A stretch of 64,000 bases of DNA from Gnetum montanum (taxonomy: Eukaryota > Plantae > Gnetophyta), in NCBI GenBank assembly GCA_015680685.1, contig MNCI01000556.1:1251931-1315930 (forward strand), written 5' to 3'. The notes beneath the pieces were generated by a model. The model did no database searches and was not told where the DNA came from. It saw only the letters and a program-made list of their open reading frames with translations. The stretch's first letter is position 1; each line of letters starts with the position of its first letter. Below, one piece after another: positions 39,857 to 52,308 of this stretch. The position numbers and the translations under genes are program-made.

Positions 39857-41353
39857 AAGTTATTAGCATTGTCTTTTGTAATGTACTGAACTTTTCATTA
39901 CTAGTGAGGTAGACAAACTGATGTAAGTGTAACTTGTGGGAACATATTTTTTATTTTTTAAAAATATTTTAAAATGCAAACATAACAAACACAATGTCCA
40001 TTGCTAATCTTTTAATGATCCTTTATGACTTGTAATTTAAAATTGAGAATATTACATGACTTCAAATTAAAAACATTACATTAAACATAAAAATGAGAGC
40101 AACATTGATGATTCACATGGGATACATCTCATGTTATTTCTAGTATTCCCTTCATTAGGATGAGAGATGTCAAAATCATGGAGTTTGATTATTGAGGATC
40201 ATAAGCCTTTTCATCAACTTTTGCAATGCTAATTATCTACATACAGTAATCAATCTTGTAAGCATTAAACAACTTTGTTAAAATATTACCCAATTGATTA
40301 GTTGTAGGAAAATATTTTGGCAATACATTTCCCTTGTTTACTTTAGATTTTATGAACAAATATTTCATATCCATAACTTTGAATTTTTGTAGATAAGGAG
40401 CTTTCTTAAGAGTTAAATAGTATATATATTGTCAATTAAATTTTCAATGAAAAACTTAACTTTAAAACACAATTGAGAAAATGATTTTTTCAGCCCAAAA
40501 TCTATTAAATGTAATTAGTCATTGAAATGAATTCATATTTACAAAAGATAATGCAATAGAAGTTAGTTTCTTGGATTTTCATTAAATTGGATTTTATATA
40601 AGAAAAGTAATATCACATGATGTGAATTTTATTTCTTACACATCATGATCCCAAACAACATTACTAAACACATGAATATTACCATATTCTTTAATAAATT
40701 TAATGTAACAAATTAGTAATTTTATGCAATATGATGAAACATGTGTTACTGGGTAAACATAAAAAATGTGTTAGGAGATCATGTTGATAGCATCTCATCA
40801 ATGCACCCTGAGAAAGACACTTCATCATAAATCATAAGCCTCATCAAGGGTTTCTGCTCATAAAAAGAAAACTCTTGCTAGTACACCATTTTAAGACCTC
40901 CTAAAAAGATTGAAGCTTGGTCATACTCCTTAAATTTTACCGTAGCTTGATGGAATAGATTACAAAATTTGATGTAAAATTATTTGATGACTTGCCTTGG
41001 GAATTTCAACTTCATAATGATTTCTTATCAGTAACAAGACTATTCACAATTTATTTTAAACTTGTATATCATCATAACCTAATCTTTGATTTTTTTACTA
41101 TTTCATCTTTCATAATCCTAGGACTTCTTTTCCAATGAAGTAGAAGTCATACCTTCTAGTATAGATTTAGGAATAGGTACCCTCAAGGTTTTCAATACCT
41201 TTTCCAAGTGAAAATGCTTCTTAAGTGTCTTCAACTACCTTGCAAAAGCATTGGTGCCATCTACACCATTGAAAGTCTTCATCTCTACATATAGAAATCT
41301 TGAATCATTTTTGAATTCTCTAGTAAGGTTTGCCTCATCTTCATCATCAAGCT
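39857..41353 (-). mobile_element. hAT transposase remnant (5'/central part)
   Basis: Minus-strand C..C BED-like segment near 41250, SIDE.., CL(A)HKI-like and TRW-like segments; very decayed. Confidence 0.4.
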
Positions 41354-42196
41354 TGATGGGACATGATATCGCATGGGCTGCAATATCGTATACGTGATAT
41401 CACATCCGTCGCTATATTGCATCCCCTGCGATATCGCGTACGCGATATCGCAGTTCGTCGCCAAATCTATAAATAAGAGATGGCTCTCCCTTGTTTCATA
41501 ACTTAGATTTAGATTGTCGCTATACTCTGGTAGTTTGATCCCTCCAGAGTTAGAATATTTTCCAGTGTCTACCCGTAGTGTGGTGAATGTAATTGTATGA
41601 CATCCTTTATTCGAGTGTGACGTACTTGGACATGCACATGAACGGAAATAAAGATCAAGATTACTTCATCATTGCAGCATTTACTTTGTTTATTTATTTA
41701 TTTAATTGTTATTTACTACTTTCCTAATTAGTCTCTCTCACCCTTAAACTCACGTTACAACATGGAATGAGTACGACTTGATTACGAGCATTTAAGTATG
41801 ACTACTTGGTAACCCAGTGGCATACCTAGGATCTATGCTTGGTAATCCCAATGGTAGTCATGCACAAGGTCCAAGATGTGTATGAATGATCACGGAACGG
41901 ATGCTCACGCACTTAGGCTAGATTATATTTTTTTACCCTTTCTCTCTTAGCTTAGATAATATTACTTTTCATTGCCCTCAAGAGTAGCATTAGAGTAGAA
42001 ATCCATATTACACCTCACTTTGGACTAAACCATACGTGACAAATATAATACTAGTCCAGGTGGGAAGACAGTGAACTACAACCTAAGGCTAACTATCTAG
42101 GTGCCACAACAAGTCCATTTACAGAGTTCAACCGGATCATGCGTGAAAATGCTTGTATTCATATGGTTGAGTGTAGGGATACCTCGCCACTCATCA
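41354..42196 (+). repeat. 5' LTR of Athila-3
   Basis: TG..CA termini, TATAAATA near 41468, followed by the PBS at 42198-42215. Confidence 0.9.
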
Positions 42197-42328
42197 TTGG
42201 CACCATTGCCAAGGACGATGCTAGTTATCTAGATTAGTTATATCATACAAGGTCACTATATAGGAGTTAATGATATATCTCTTAGAAAGAAGTTATTATA
42301 AAAAGTCACACATAAATTCACACACAAC

Positions 42329-44195
42329 AATGCCTCTCCTACAAGACTACTATAACAATGCCACACTTAGTGAGGAAGTTGATTGGAGAACCAACAAACT
42401 ATATGATGATGAAGATTGGAGTATACAACCTGATGTGGGGGTTTCTTATAAACATGAATAGAAGCAACATCATCACAATGCACAAAAGCATAACTTACCC
42501 GATGACGATGAACCCCTACTGGCCACTACAAGCTTAACACAAATACAATAGGTTGTTCGAATCTCACGTAGGCATCGTAAAGAGAGCCATCTACCTAGGC
42601 TCGATTTAAAAAACTTCCCTAGTTTTTTAGCAGGCTATAACTTAGACCTATATCAACATTTACAAGCCTTCTATGATGTGTGCACATGGAATAACATTGA
42701 TAATGGATGGAAAAAACTTAAGCTCTTTCCTATGACACTCGTTGACCAAGCAAAAGTATGATATAGATCATTAAAACCAAATTCAATATGATGTTGGCCA
42801 ACAATGGTAGAACTTTTTAAGGAACGATATCAAACCTACACAAGAGTTTCAGCCTTAAGGAAACAAATCCAAGGATGGAAACAAGCACAACATGAACCCT
42901 TGGACATGGCCTTAGAAAGATATTATGCACTGTTAACCAACTATCCAGGCCATGGGTTTTCCGAGGAAAGGATAATGTACCATATCATTGATGGGCTATG
43001 TAATGAAACAAGAGAGACCTTAGGAATGTATGCCCAAGGTCAACTATATGAACTACAAACCCATTAATTCCAAGAGCTTATTAAGTAGTTAGCAAAAGAA
43101 GAAGAAGAATTGGCTAGATGGGAGAGTGTTGAAAAATGCCAACGGGACCAAAATTGCAACTTAACAAAGGTCCATGATCATGAAAAGGAGAAATCAACCA
43201 ATCTCAATGTGGAAACATCATCTTTTCCAGCACAAAAAACATTAGAATAAGTTGAGAAAAAGATAAATAAAATGTTGGAATGGACGTATCAAAAGTGTGG
43301 AGAATTTATTGATAGAATTGGAGATAGAGTTTTGACAACCCAAGAAGTAGGAAAAAACATTAGACAATTGAAAATAAGGAATAAGGAAAATAGGAGCTCA
43401 ACTGTCAATCATATGTATGAATGTAACATATTCCTTTATGATCACCCCAAGGCCTAATGCCTAATCTTGTCACATTTACATGAGCACTGGGGAAACACGT
43501 TACATCTAGAGTTCATACAGAGATACTGTGTTCGATCATAGTGGCAACAATCTTGGTTGTGAGGGAGACCACCACTAGACTGGAGACACCCTTAATATCA
43601 TCTGGATCTAAATGCTTATCAAGTTCAACATCTTGTTTTTGCAACTAAGTGAACACACTTTATCTCACCACAGTACCATTCTCCTCAATACTATCAGCCC
43701 ATGCCTCCAACACAACCACCATCTTGTGCATCCTATACTCCTCCTAAATTTCAACATTCTCATCCTTTCCCTCCTTCTAGAGCACCACAAACTATTCCTA
43801 AGGTGCCTGTACCACAACAACAACCGCTGAATGCTACTTGTGCTCCTACTACCAACAACAGTGAAAAGCCTCCTCAACATGAAAAGTGTCCTTTCTTTAA
43901 ACACAGCCGTAAGAAGGGACAACACAATTCCGAGGCCACTACATCTTCCAACTCAGCACAAGTTCCACAAGTTTCACATTGTGATGCACCCTTACCTTCA
44001 AACCCAACACCTCATGTAACTTCATCAGGGCCACCACCTTCCACTCCAACAACAATACGGCCCAATGAACACAAGAATGAAGAGCGACAACCCAATCCTT
44101 TCATACCATCTAACAGTCCCAAATATCATAGTGGTTCAACTCGTTATCTAGGAACTACATCATACAAATTACCCCACTATGCTTACTATACTTAA
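42329..44195 (+). pseudogene. gag of Athila-3
   Basis: YQHLQAFYDVC..LKLFPMTLVDQAK..ELFKERY..ERYY.LL..PGHGF; proline-rich C-terminus. Confidence 0.85.
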
Positions 44196-45704
44196 GTGTG
44201 TGAAACCCGATGGGGTAAATATGACCAAATCCGAAGATTTCCAACATGCAAGGATCCCCATCATCAATTATTAATCCCTACCATCCTCAACCATTTAGCT
44301 ATGAGGGATATCCCTCATTCTAATAGCAAGTAGGATTAATAAATTATTTTTATTTTTCTTTTGATTTTACAACTTTTTGTTTTCCAGTTTTTCATTTTTC
44401 AACTTTTTGTTTTATCTTTTTATCTTTTTGTGTTTTTGTCTTTTTACGTTTTTGTAAGTAATCTCATCTATGAATAAAACACTCATGTGGATCATTGGTT
44501 GAGGTGTGTTCTATGTTATTAAGTATCAAGAGATCAATTGTGTGGACAGTGAGCCCATTACACCCACTCATCCACTCTACGAATAAGAGGTTCTATTCGA
44601 GGGTACAATGATATTCTTGACATTCTAAAAACCTAAAATTAATTTTGTGTTCATTGTACCCAGAATGAAGAAGGATGGACCAAGAGGAAATGATTAGGGT
44701 GTGACATCAAGGGGACTTGTGGATTCTCTTTGGTGATGTTTGTGGGAGTTATCATGCAATGTGGTTGTACTAAAATCCTTGTAGATCTAATGAAACATGG
44801 AGTAAGAGTAATCAAAAGGGCACTTGAAAATCAAATGCTGTTCTAGGGGGTCCCATTGGAAATACATGCACCCATGCCTAAAGGTTGGCGATTTCTCTCG
44901 ATTCAGTATTCGAAAAAAAAAAGAGAAAGAAAAAACAAAGAGAAAAGGAAAAGTTCTACAAAACAAAAATCACTCCTCCCTTGAATAAAATACCAAGTGA
45001 TTGTATGCCTTGTTGTTATGGCACTCTCATAGTTTCTCATCATGGGATGAAAGAATGCGGTGTCACTAATTAGAAGGATGGACTTGGTCCTGATCTTGGA
45101 ATGATCGGTTAATGACACCTTAATCATGCTTACATGCAGGATTCACTATGCCTTGGGTCAGTTACCTCATGTCCCAATTTCTACGATCCCTTTCTATAGT
45201 TCATCTCATCTCACTGTTCATGTAGTTGTAGCTCGTGTCATGTGTAACATAGAATTCTTACCTCATTCCAGTGATATTTACATGTGTGTGTCTTGTGAAG
45301 TTAGTGTGGATTACATTTAACCCTTCTAGTGCCCACGGACACTTTAAACGTGGTTACACAAGCGCATTATAGGTTGGAACCTGCTTTGGGGAGGATCCAC
45401 TTATGTAATCTTCACTTATGACATAGCTCACACACCTCATTTCTTACCCTCAACATAATTTTTCAACTTATTTTCTTTCCCTACTATTATCCCTCTGAAT
45501 TTCAATGTTCCTATGAATCATTACATACCCTTTTTCTTACCACCTAAGGTTTTATTGGTAAAATCCACACCATCATCATTAATTGTGCCTCTGAACGTAA
45601 TGCAATTTCCCTAGAATCCTTGATAATAGCCAATGTCCTCAATTTACAATGTTTATTTCAAGAAAATCCCTTCAAAATTTGGTCTTTTTGTTGTGGCTCA
45701 CATC

Positions 45705-45760
45705 ACTAGGGACGAGATATCAAGTACGTGATATCGCATTCCCACCACCTATAAATAGGT
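45705..45760 (+). promoter_or_regulatory. putative internal promoter of the Athila-3 accessory ORF
   Basis: GATATCAAGTACGTGATATCGC followed by CCTATAAATAG, mirroring the LTR at 41426-41475. Confidence 0.5.
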
Positions 45761-45849
45761 CAGCTCCTGAACCACTTAGCATCATTTTTTCATTCACATG
45801 GGGGGAGTTTTTAAAATTTTTCTTTGCAAATTGTGATTGAGTGACCCTT

Positions 45850-46800
45850 TCTTTTCTCCTCATATCTCACTCACTCGTACTCCAATTCTAATTTTGTTTG
45901 AACCTGCTTGAACCTAGAGTGTTCATCTTAGTCATGGGGAAGGGAGACCTACAGAAAAGTACCTAACATTTTTGAAATTTATCATCGCCCAAAGGACATC
46001 AGCTAGGGTAATTTATTGTAACACTTAGAATAATTGTGCCTAAAAATCATTTAATTCCTAGGTATACCAGGAAACTAAAATGGAAATCATCTAATTCACA
46101 AGATTCATTATTAGAAACTTCCAAGAACTATCACACATGATAACATAATATCATTAAATAAGGAAAGCAGTATGGTATAACTTAACTTCAAAAAAAACCT
46201 TACTAATTCTTGGCCCGTGTGATTGCAGATGGCCCCGAAACATGGATAATAGGAGGGTCTTACCCAAGTTGGAAGCAAATGAGCTCAGAGAGGTGGAAGA
46301 GAAAGACCTTCTGGACAACATGCTTTTCTCACTCTATATCGCTCACTAGTGCTCCGATTTTCATTCCATTTGAACCTGCTTGAACCCGGAGTGTTCAACT
46401 CAATCGTGGGGGAGGGACACTTGCCGAAAAGTGCGTAACATTTTTGAAATCTTCCATCATCCAAAGGACTTCAATTAGGGTAATTAAATCTAACACTTAG
46501 AATAATAGTGCCTAAAAATCATTTAATCCCTAGGTATACCGAGAAAATAAAATGGAAAACCACCTATGTTATAGGACTCATTATTACAATTTTTCAGGTG
46601 ATATCACACATAATAAAATAAGATCATTAATAAAAACAAGTAGTAAGGTAAAAATTGACTTCAAAAGAAACCTTACTAATGCTTGGCCCATGTGATTCTA
46701 GATGGCCCTAAAACGTGGACAACAGGAGGGTCCTGTTCAAGGTGGAAAGAAACAATCTTGGAGGGGTGGAAGATAAGGTCATGCCAGAAAACATGTAGAA
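45850..46800 (+). repeat. ~475-bp tandem duplication covering the leader and start of the accessory ORF
   Basis: TTTGAACCTGCTTGAACC..GTGATT(GC/CT)AGATGGCCC occurs twice (ATG at 46229 and 46702). Confidence 0.85.
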
Positions 46801-49375
46801 TAGGAGGAGAAATCATTCAGAATTCATCAAGATGAACCTCCTACTAGATGGTTCGGGCAGGCAAAAGGAGGAGTTGCTGTAGTGCCTAAACCGGGACAAC
46901 TCACATTGCCCCAAGATTGTGTTCAAGCTATCCATGAGAAGTTCACATTCGCCATGATGATTGTGGAGTTGAACTTTGAATCATTCATAGATTTTTCTCT
47001 TGAGGCCATTAGGGGTCACCTCAAAGGGTCTCCCTTATGGCCTATCCTCTCTAAAAGTGGTGCCTGGTACCTAGGAGAGACGTACCAATTTTGGCACAAT
47101 AGGGAGCAAGGCACCATTGTTAATATTTGTGGTGTGACAGTTGACTTCTCTACGTAGGCCATTTCTGAAGTGTTAAACCTTTTGAATATAGGGCCCCATG
47201 TTTCTTGGTTATCCACCTATTCAAACCCCAATGTGCGAAAGGAGTGGTTGGAGAAGGCTTATGGAAGGGATAAAGCTTTTGGTGAGTTGACGACGGAAGA
47301 GAGGGTTTACTTCAAAATTGGAACATATAAGCCTAAAAGGAATATCCACATATGTAGCTAGAGGATGTGCAGTGTTGATGGGAAAGGTTAACGCTAACCT
47401 GCCCCATCTATATTTAATGGAGATCCTAAGGTAGTTTGAAGAATGGAAGATAGGGAAGATGGTGTTGTCTTTCCCCTGTCTTATCAAAAAGCTTTGCTGA
47501 CATGTTGGTATTCAGGGATACACCAATGACATCCTCTGAAAGGCCCAGACTACTTCATATGTTGAATTACTAAAGGTGCTAGCTATAGGAAAAAGCATTG
47601 GCAAGGAGCTAGGACCAAAATAAGAAGAAGAATAGATGGTTGAACCCAGTCAACCTCCAGCCATGGGTCCTAGCCAACAATAAGAAGCAAGGCCTAGCAC
47701 AAGCCAGGATCATCCGTTGCCACTGCAAGACTACAGACCATCGATAAGCCATCTTAGGATCATCAATAAGATGGTCAGTTAGGGAAGTCATGATGATGCA
47801 AACCTCTTCCACGTCATTGATGATGCTAGGTAGCCTACTCTTTCATTAGGTCGCACAAGGGGAGAAGTATCTATTCAAATAGGTGGAGGGGAAAGTAGAT
47901 GGTCATAATAGATCTCAGGAAATGTGGCATCTTTCTTGGTGTAGTTTGTGATGGTCATGCAACAACAGAATGCCATGGGAGCTACAGAAGTGATCGCAAA
48001 ACACATCAAAGAATCCTTTAATGTACCTGTTGTGCCATTGGAAGATCTCTCAGGAGCATGAGATGCTCAAACTCTGGCTGGAACCTCAATGACTCTTATG
48101 GAATATGAGGATGTGCTTGATTAATTGCTTCAAACAAGGAAAATAATGATGTCCCTATTTGACAACCCTTAGGATGTTATGGAAATTTAGTCAAACCTCA
48201 TTTCCACAAAGGGAAAGTTGGTCTTAACAAAAGTAAGGGTTGAGCATGATGAAGCTGAAGTGCATATACTCCAAGAGCAGCTCATGGCCTTACAAGCAGC
48301 ACAGCGGGACCCTCTACAATTTGCTCCCATAGACTAGCTAGAAAACTTTAGAACCGAGAAGCTAACAAAATTAATTGTAGAGAATAAGAAGGTGGCAGAA
48401 GAAAAGGAGAAGGCTATTTGAGATGCCTCCATAGCATACGCACAAACCCATGTGCATATTAAGGCACTCAAGGCCTTACAAGAAGAAAACAAGCAGCTAG
48501 TTGCAGAAAATCTTCGATTGACCACTGTAGAAAAGCAAAATAATGTTCTTGATGAAAACTTTCATCAATTATGAGAACAATTCATCCAGGTCGACAGAGA
48601 CATGATCCATTTAGCAAGAGAAAATCAAACCCTCTCGATGAAGGAGGTACGTGCCATTCGTCAAAAGTCGGCAATTGAGATAAGCATGTGGCAGAATGAG
48701 GCTAAAAGACATGAGAAGTTGAAAGAGCACTTCTGTGATCAGGTGGGGATGTATAAATAGATTCTTGAAAAGGAGATCCATATGGACAAGGCCCAAATCA
48801 ACACTATTAGTGCTCAACACACTAATTGGTAGGCCATACTGGACACATATGCCTTCACCCACCAAGCGAAAGTTAAGAACTGGGACCTAAAGATTCAAGA
48901 CTTGACAGAATACATGGAGTTGGAAAACCTAAGATATGCCAACCTTTCCATGTTAACACTAGGGCTCCTGAGGTTAGAGCTCAAGTAGTAGGTAGTAACC
49001 ACCCACATCAAATATGAAGCAGAATTTGCAAAATGCAAGAAGCTGTTAGAAAAACTGGATGTTGCAAATTCTAAACTTGGGGTGGTAAAAGCCAGCTACC
49101 AGGGATAGAAAGATGTCGAAACTGACTTGGCTCAATGGCTAATGGACCTTCACAAATACAGGAACAAAGGCAGAGCTTATGAGGAGGAACGACAAGTGTT
49201 CGTGGCTTCATACGTCAAGGCCAACCAAATGTTTCCGCAAATACCCTGTTCGTGGGAAGTGCCGACTTCATCAAACGTTGGAACATTAGAATGGATGGTA
49301 CAAGACCCTCGAACCAAAGAGGAGAAGCTCCAGGCCATACTTCAACACCATCAAGCCTCAAAACCTCTAGCATAA
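46702..49375 (+). pseudogene. Athila accessory ('env-like') ORF with long coiled-coil, degenerate
   Basis: Homologous to 4384-7236 from start to the C-terminal W.V.DP..EEKLQAIL motif. Confidence 0.78.
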
Positions 49376-49500
49376 GACAAATGAAAGGCACCAATGAAGG
49401 ATCCACTACCACCAAGAACTACATGAGTTCCAAATTTTTGTAGTTGTAGCATATTCTATGTGTTGTGTCTTTCTTTTGTTTTCTCCCCACACTGAAACAT

Positions 49501-51526
49501 TGAAACACCACAAAATTTTAGCTTAGAAACTTTGAAACAAGAATGACTCAAGCCCTTTTCGAAATTCAGGAGGAAAAACTTAACTAAGGCATGGAAGTCA
49601 CACCTAGCTTATTCAAGCCAGCTTGCTCATGTAGTCAAGCTAGCTTGCCCTCAATATGAACAGCCCTAAAAGCTTTCAAATCAAGTCAAAATAGTCCTAA
49701 TTTGAATGTGCAAGGTTCCCTTGGGGCCCATTGATGGCCGTCCCAAGTTTCAGCACCAAAAATCCAAGATCTCAAGTCAAAATCACACAAATCTTGCTAC
49801 TCATGCTGAGGTCACGCCCAGCTCATGCTGATAGCATGAGTCCAACGTGGGTAACATAAATCAGCCTCAAAATAGTGTTAAAATGGCCTAATTTTGAGGG
49901 TACAAGGCCTCCTTAAGGTCCACTAATTATTGCTCCAATTTCCAACCCTTAGAATTTTGATTTCAGGCTCAAAAATACTCTGTTTTCAGTGCTCACGCCT
50001 AGGTCACACTAGGGACACGCTGAGGTTATGCTCATAGCATGACCCAGTGTGAGCTGCCAAGAGTGGCCAAAATCAAGGTACAAATAGGCTTAAAATCTAC
50101 ATGTAGATTGTCCCCAAGGCTAGGTAGTAGTTACACTTGAAAGACAGGTCTCAAAAAATCAAAATTTGGTGTGAAATGTACCATCTCAGCTTGCTCACAC
50201 CCAAGTCATGCTGGGGTCATGCTAAGGTAATGCCGACAGTGTGAGCCCAACGTGAGCTACTAAGAGTGGCCCAAATCCAAGCACAAATAGGCTCAAATTA
50301 AACATAAAATGCATTATTTCTAGTTAGGTAGTAGTTACACTTCAAAAACAAGTCTTAAAGGTGGAATTTCAACACAAAATGTATCATTTCTAGTCACACA
50401 TGCTAAGGTCATGCTGAGGTCATGTTGACAGCATGAGCCCAACATGAGCTATAAAGAATGGCCCAAATCCAAGCATAGACAGGCTCAAATTAAACATATA
50501 GGACATCCTCTAGTTCAGGTAAAAGTTACACTTTAAAAACAAGTCTTAAAGGTGGAATTTCGACACAAAACACATTATTTTTGGTCACGCATACTAAGGT
50601 CACACTGACAGTGTGAGCCCAACATGAGCACTAGTCATGACCAAGAAAAAGCACTTTAGACACATGTTAAGGGCACACCAGGACAAGATCATTACATGCT
50701 ACCAGGTCACAGATTCAAAAATTCCAAGCAAGTTGAAGTTAAATACTCTTATTGTACATTATCAGTCATTGTAAATTTTTCACATTTTTAAGTTGGCCAA
50801 GCTCTAACGCTACAAATTGTACATGGGTGTAAGCTAGCTTGTGCAAGCTAAAATAGATTGTAAGATACAGTGTATCTGCTCTAGAACATAGTTTGCCTAT
50901 GTACACCTGTCACACGATCCATTTTTCACTCATCTCACAGCCATTGACCTCATTCACAAATCCTACTCTCAAGCTTAGCTAAATGTATAAATACCCTATT
51001 CATTGACATAAACGAGGTTGGCTATTTTTGCAAAAGGGATGACCTAAAGGGCATTGACTAGCAACCTTGGATGCTCTAGGGCATGTGATCCCTAGCACTT
51101 GAACATCTGCAAATGCTTCATCCTTCATCCTAGGACTTGACGCTTGACTTGCCATTTGCACATGCATCTAGGTTTTGACCGATGCACTTTATTCTCTAAA
51201 TCAATACAATATAGTCTTTTTCCGTCCATTACACTATTTACATTATTCTAGTTCATTGTTTTCTTTTGCATCATTATGTTCTATTCTTACATTACATCTA
51301 TGCTTTGTTTACATATTTCGTGTTATGTTTGCTACGATAACCCTAGAGCAAGCCATATCTTACGCTCAGGGAAGTCCTTGTTTGATTTGCGTACAGACCA
51401 TCCAAGGCATTCTACCTTCGTTTTTCTAGCTTGCCCTCACATGAAGGCAGGGTCATCTAAATCTCTCCGGAGATCTTTCGGTGTTTTTTTTCCTCTAGCG
51501 TTACGCTGATGATTTCAGACGGTACA
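49501..51526 (+). repeat. 5' LTR of Tat-2 with ~190-200-bp U3 tandem units
   Basis: TG..CA termini; TATAAATA near 50986; repeated CCCAAC(G/A)TGAGC blocks at 49841-50630. Confidence 0.85.
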
Positions 51527-51531
51527 GAAAT

Positions 51532-51550
51532 TGGTGCTAGAAGGAGGGCC
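51532..51550 (+). other. primer binding site (Tat-type)
   Basis: TGGTGCTAGAAGGAGGGCC, 5 bp after the LTR end. Confidence 0.75.
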
Positions 51551-52007
51551 TGAATCTAGTTTTCCATCAAAATAAAATGTTGATTCTGTTACCCTTCATG
51601 CATAGCATAGATTAGGTGTAGAACAGAATATTAGCTTACTTAGACCATACCAATATATTCATGATTGAATTGAATCCTTGCAAAATTTTTATGTTGCTTC
51701 CAATGCGGTAAGTTCTGTAACTACTAGTGAAAACATTAAGTACATCATGCACACGCTATGAAAACCCAACATAGCATACACATGTTGCAAAACACCAACG
51801 CTGTGAAAATCCAAAATAGCGTACGCTACAAAAACCCAACGTAGTGTATACACACTGTTGCACACGTCTGGCGTATACATGTTGTGCACGCACAACACTT
51901 ACACATGTTGCATTTCATTGTGCTTATGCTGCACATACACTGCACTTGCATACACTATGCACCAGCTATTGTATGCATGTTCAGGTTGCACTCACACTAA
52001 TGTTAAT

Positions 52008-52205
52008 ACCCAGCTTGCTCAAGCTCAGCTTGCATATGCCCAGCTTGCTCAAGCTCAACTTGCATATGCCCAGCTTGCATACTCCAAGCTTGCTCAAGCT
52101 CCGCATGCATACGCCCAGCTTTCTCAAGCTCATCCTCCATATGCCCAGCTTGCTTAAGCTTTTCTTGCATATGCCCAGCTTGTTCAAGCTCAGCTTGCAT
52201 ACACT
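52008..52205 (+). repeat. 15/30-bp tandem repeat (AQLAQ/AQLAY)n
   Basis: GCCCAGCTTGCTCAA/GCTCAGCTTGCATAT units. Confidence 0.85.
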
Positions 52206-52308
52206 TCTTACACACATTTAGCTAGTCAAGCCAGTTACACACATGGAATCTTCTTAGATCAAAGCAACATTTCCAGTTTCTAACCTTAATGCCGAAATCT
52301 CAAATCCT

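Larger units (their letters stand above)
41354..49500 (+). mobile_element. pol-less Athila derivative (Athila-3): 5' LTR, PBS, gag, accessory ORF; interrupted at 49501
   Basis: LTR TGATG..CATCA, PBS TGGCACCATTGCCAAGGA, gag, no PR/RT/RH/INT motifs, accessory ORF homologous to Athila-1. Confidence 0.88.
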
